Source: Podarcis cretensis (Eukaryota). Taken from it: DNA of 64,000 bases. This document shows, piece after piece, positions 61,890 through 64,000 of this stretch. Every line of letters begins with the position of its first letter. The first letter of the stretch is position 1. The stretch is from contig OX638161.1 of assembly GCA_951804945.1 (NCBI GenBank), positions 15,190,001 through 15,254,000 on the forward strand, in the 5' to 3' direction. A program made the position numbers and the translations under genes. Under the pieces are notes generated by a model. It worked only from the letters and a program-made list of their open reading frames with translations, was not told where the DNA came from and made no database searches.

Positions 61890-63120
61890 GGTATCCCAGG
61901 GACACGCCGAAGTTGTCGAGTCGTCCGCTTCCCCAAATTCCTCTGCACTCCCGCCTTGCTTCCTCAGCCCGCGACACCCGTTTCTCCTCGTCTCTCCCCT
62001 TCCGACGACCCCTTTCCACCCCCCTCCATCTTCCTATTCAAACCTAACTCGGAAGAGCTGCTTTCCCACTCTCTGGAGAGGGGGAGCCCACCAGACGCAG
62101 CCCCCCCCCCACCGTTTCAAGACCCCTTACTCTTTCGACAGCGCCCCCCGCGCCTCAACTCCTCGCCCCCTCAGCGGCTCCCTTGGGCCCTTCTCTCCCC
62201 CCCCCCTCAGCGCCCCGCGCCCCTCAACCTACCCGCCCTAGAGAGAGCAACCCCCGCCGCTTGCTCTCCCTCCGCTCGGCCACCCCCTCACCTCCATCCC
62301 CTTCCCTACACAGGTTTAAGGGCGCCTCTCACTCCACACACACCCGCCCCCTCTTCAAGGGAAACCAGGGGCCAGAGAGGGGCGTCGCGCTGCCCCCGCC
62401 ATGACCGCGCAGGGGGGCGTGGTAGCTCCCTTCACCCTGCAGCCCAGACTGGCTCTGACGGCGCTGCGAGAACAGCCAAGGCAGCCGTTACCAAGCCTGA
62501 CAGGGAGGGGGGAGGGGAGGGGAGGGGAGGGGACGGCCGGGTGGCAGAGAAGGGGCCCGCCGAGGTTCTCCCTCCACCGCGCGATTGGCCAGCACCCGCA
62601 GCCGGGCTGCCAATAAGGCGCCGACTTTCCCCCCCTCCGCTCCCTTTTCTCCTCCCCCGTAGGCCCGCCTCCTCCCCCCCTCGGGTCTCAAGACATTTAA
62701 CCACGAGGGTATGGAGCTCAGGGCCACCAATAGAGGGCGAGCCCGAGGCAAAAGTGTGATTCCAGCACGCCTCCCCTCCCCCTGCTCGCGTTAACTGGCG
62801 GTTGCCGATGTCCGTCTCCAGAGAGGTGGGCCAATCCCATGTTCATATAGGGTACAGCACCTCCTCCTCCTCCTCCAAACCCCCAGATCGGCGCCGGCTT
62901 CTTTGCGCATTGGGCAGCCCGCGCGTCCAATCGCAACCTCTCCGTTGTTTTTTGCCCCTTTCCGCCTACCCCATTCAGCGGACCGAGGGACACCTGGCGC
63001 GCGATTGGACGCGTCGCCGCCTGTCCAATGAGAAGCCGGGAAAGTGGTTTGTTCACCCGGTGATAAGCAAAAAAGGCGGTTGGAGTAGAAGCTTCAAGCT
63101 TTTTCCCGCTCGAAAAAAAA
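61890..63120 (-). promoter_or_regulatory. CpG island promoter of MEIOC
   Basis: CpG-dense, with about eight CCAAT/ATTGG boxes between 62580 and 63030, MYB-type sites and TTTCCCGC at 63102-63109. Confidence 0.85.
62292..62297 (-). CDS. MEIOC: MEIOC exon 1 coding part (Met-Glu)
   Basis: gggATGGAG|gtgagg inside the CpG island; phase 0 gives ME-PKVAF. Confidence 0.75.
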
Positions 63121-63469
63121 AAGGGGGGGCTAGGAGTGTGAGGGGGAAGCAGCTTGAGGAAATATGTGGTGGGATTGAGAGAGAGAAACGGGTAGATTTA
63201 AAAACTGAATTTTAAAGAACTGAACAAAAAAATAAAAAAAAAAACTGAGGTAAACCCTCAGCTAGTGGTGCAGTGTTTGTGCCTGCGGCAAACGAGAGAC
63301 TTCGCTTGGGCTACTAAGATTCAGCCCTATATTCTCCTTTCCACCCCCAAAAAATTAAAAATAAATGTGAAAAGGAAAGATGTTGCATATGCGCTGTATG
63401 TAGGATTTGATATGGGGAGAGTCCCACTGCACCTTGACCATTTTAGGGGTCTCCACAGGGCCAGAGACG

Positions 63470-64000
63470 AGTCACATAAAAACCCGAGAGAAGCTTGCTG
63501 GAACAGGCTAGTGGCCCAACTAGTCCAGCATCCTGTTCTCACAACCAGATGCCCATGGGAAACACGCAAGTGGGACCTGAGCGCATGAGCACTCTCCCCT
63601 ACCCTGGTTTCCAGTATTCGGGAGGATATCACCTCAGACCTTGGAGGTAAAATACAGTAGTTATGGCCAGTAACCACTGATAGCTTTACCCTCCTAATCT
63701 TAAAGCCATCCGGGTTGGCGGCCGTCATTGTCCTCATGTGGGAGTGAGTTCCGTAGTTTTATGCACTGTGTGAAGAAGTGCCTGTTATATCTGTCCTGAC
63801 ATTCAGTTTTGCTAGGGTCTAATGTTATGAAAGAAGGCCAACCCCCCCCCCCAAAAAAAAAAAAAACTTCCACGCATAACTTTATAAACTTCAGTCGTCA
63901 CCTCTTACTTGCTTTTTCTCTGAACTGAAAAAATCCCAAATGCCGCTACCTTTTCTCATAGGGAAGTTTCTCCATTTTGGTTGCCCATTTCTATACCTTT
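63470..64000 (-). mobile_element. Old CR1 LINE 3' remnant
   Basis: ctagtccagcatcctgttctcaca and later segments resemble CR1 3' ends. Boundaries approximate. Confidence 0.55.

Noticed and set aside
61825-63215. 303-aa and other ORFs in the MEIOC CpG island
   Set aside because: GC-rich artefacts with no recognisable domain.

Overview
Eukaryotic genomic DNA from a squamate reptile, probably a lacertid lizard (inferred from abundant Sauria SINEs). Three spliced genes can be rebuilt exon by exon with consistent phases, in the conserved amniote order. DBF4B lies on the - strand (12 coding exons, 24351 to 2661, 605 aa), CCDC43 on the + strand (5 exons, 29343 to 39233, 211 aa) and MEIOC on the - strand (8 coding exons, 62297 to 43908, 930 aa). 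Most of the ORF track is noise from introns and transposons. The most striking signal is three minor-spliceosome (U12-type) introns in two neighbouring genes: one GT-AG intron in DBF4B, and back-to-back AT-AC and GT-AG introns around a 59-nt exon in CCDC43. In both genes the sequence also offers an in-frame route through major-spliceosome (U2) sites that would bypass a U12 intron; this is a testable hypothesis, not a demonstrated event. Non-coding DNA is dense in elements with readable target-site duplications (TSDs), many of them nested: two Sauria SINE subfamilies, Tc1/mariner-pogo MITEs, hAT MITEs, L1/L2/CR1 remnants and a solo LTR. Gene identities rest on recalled similarity to human proteins; no database search was run.
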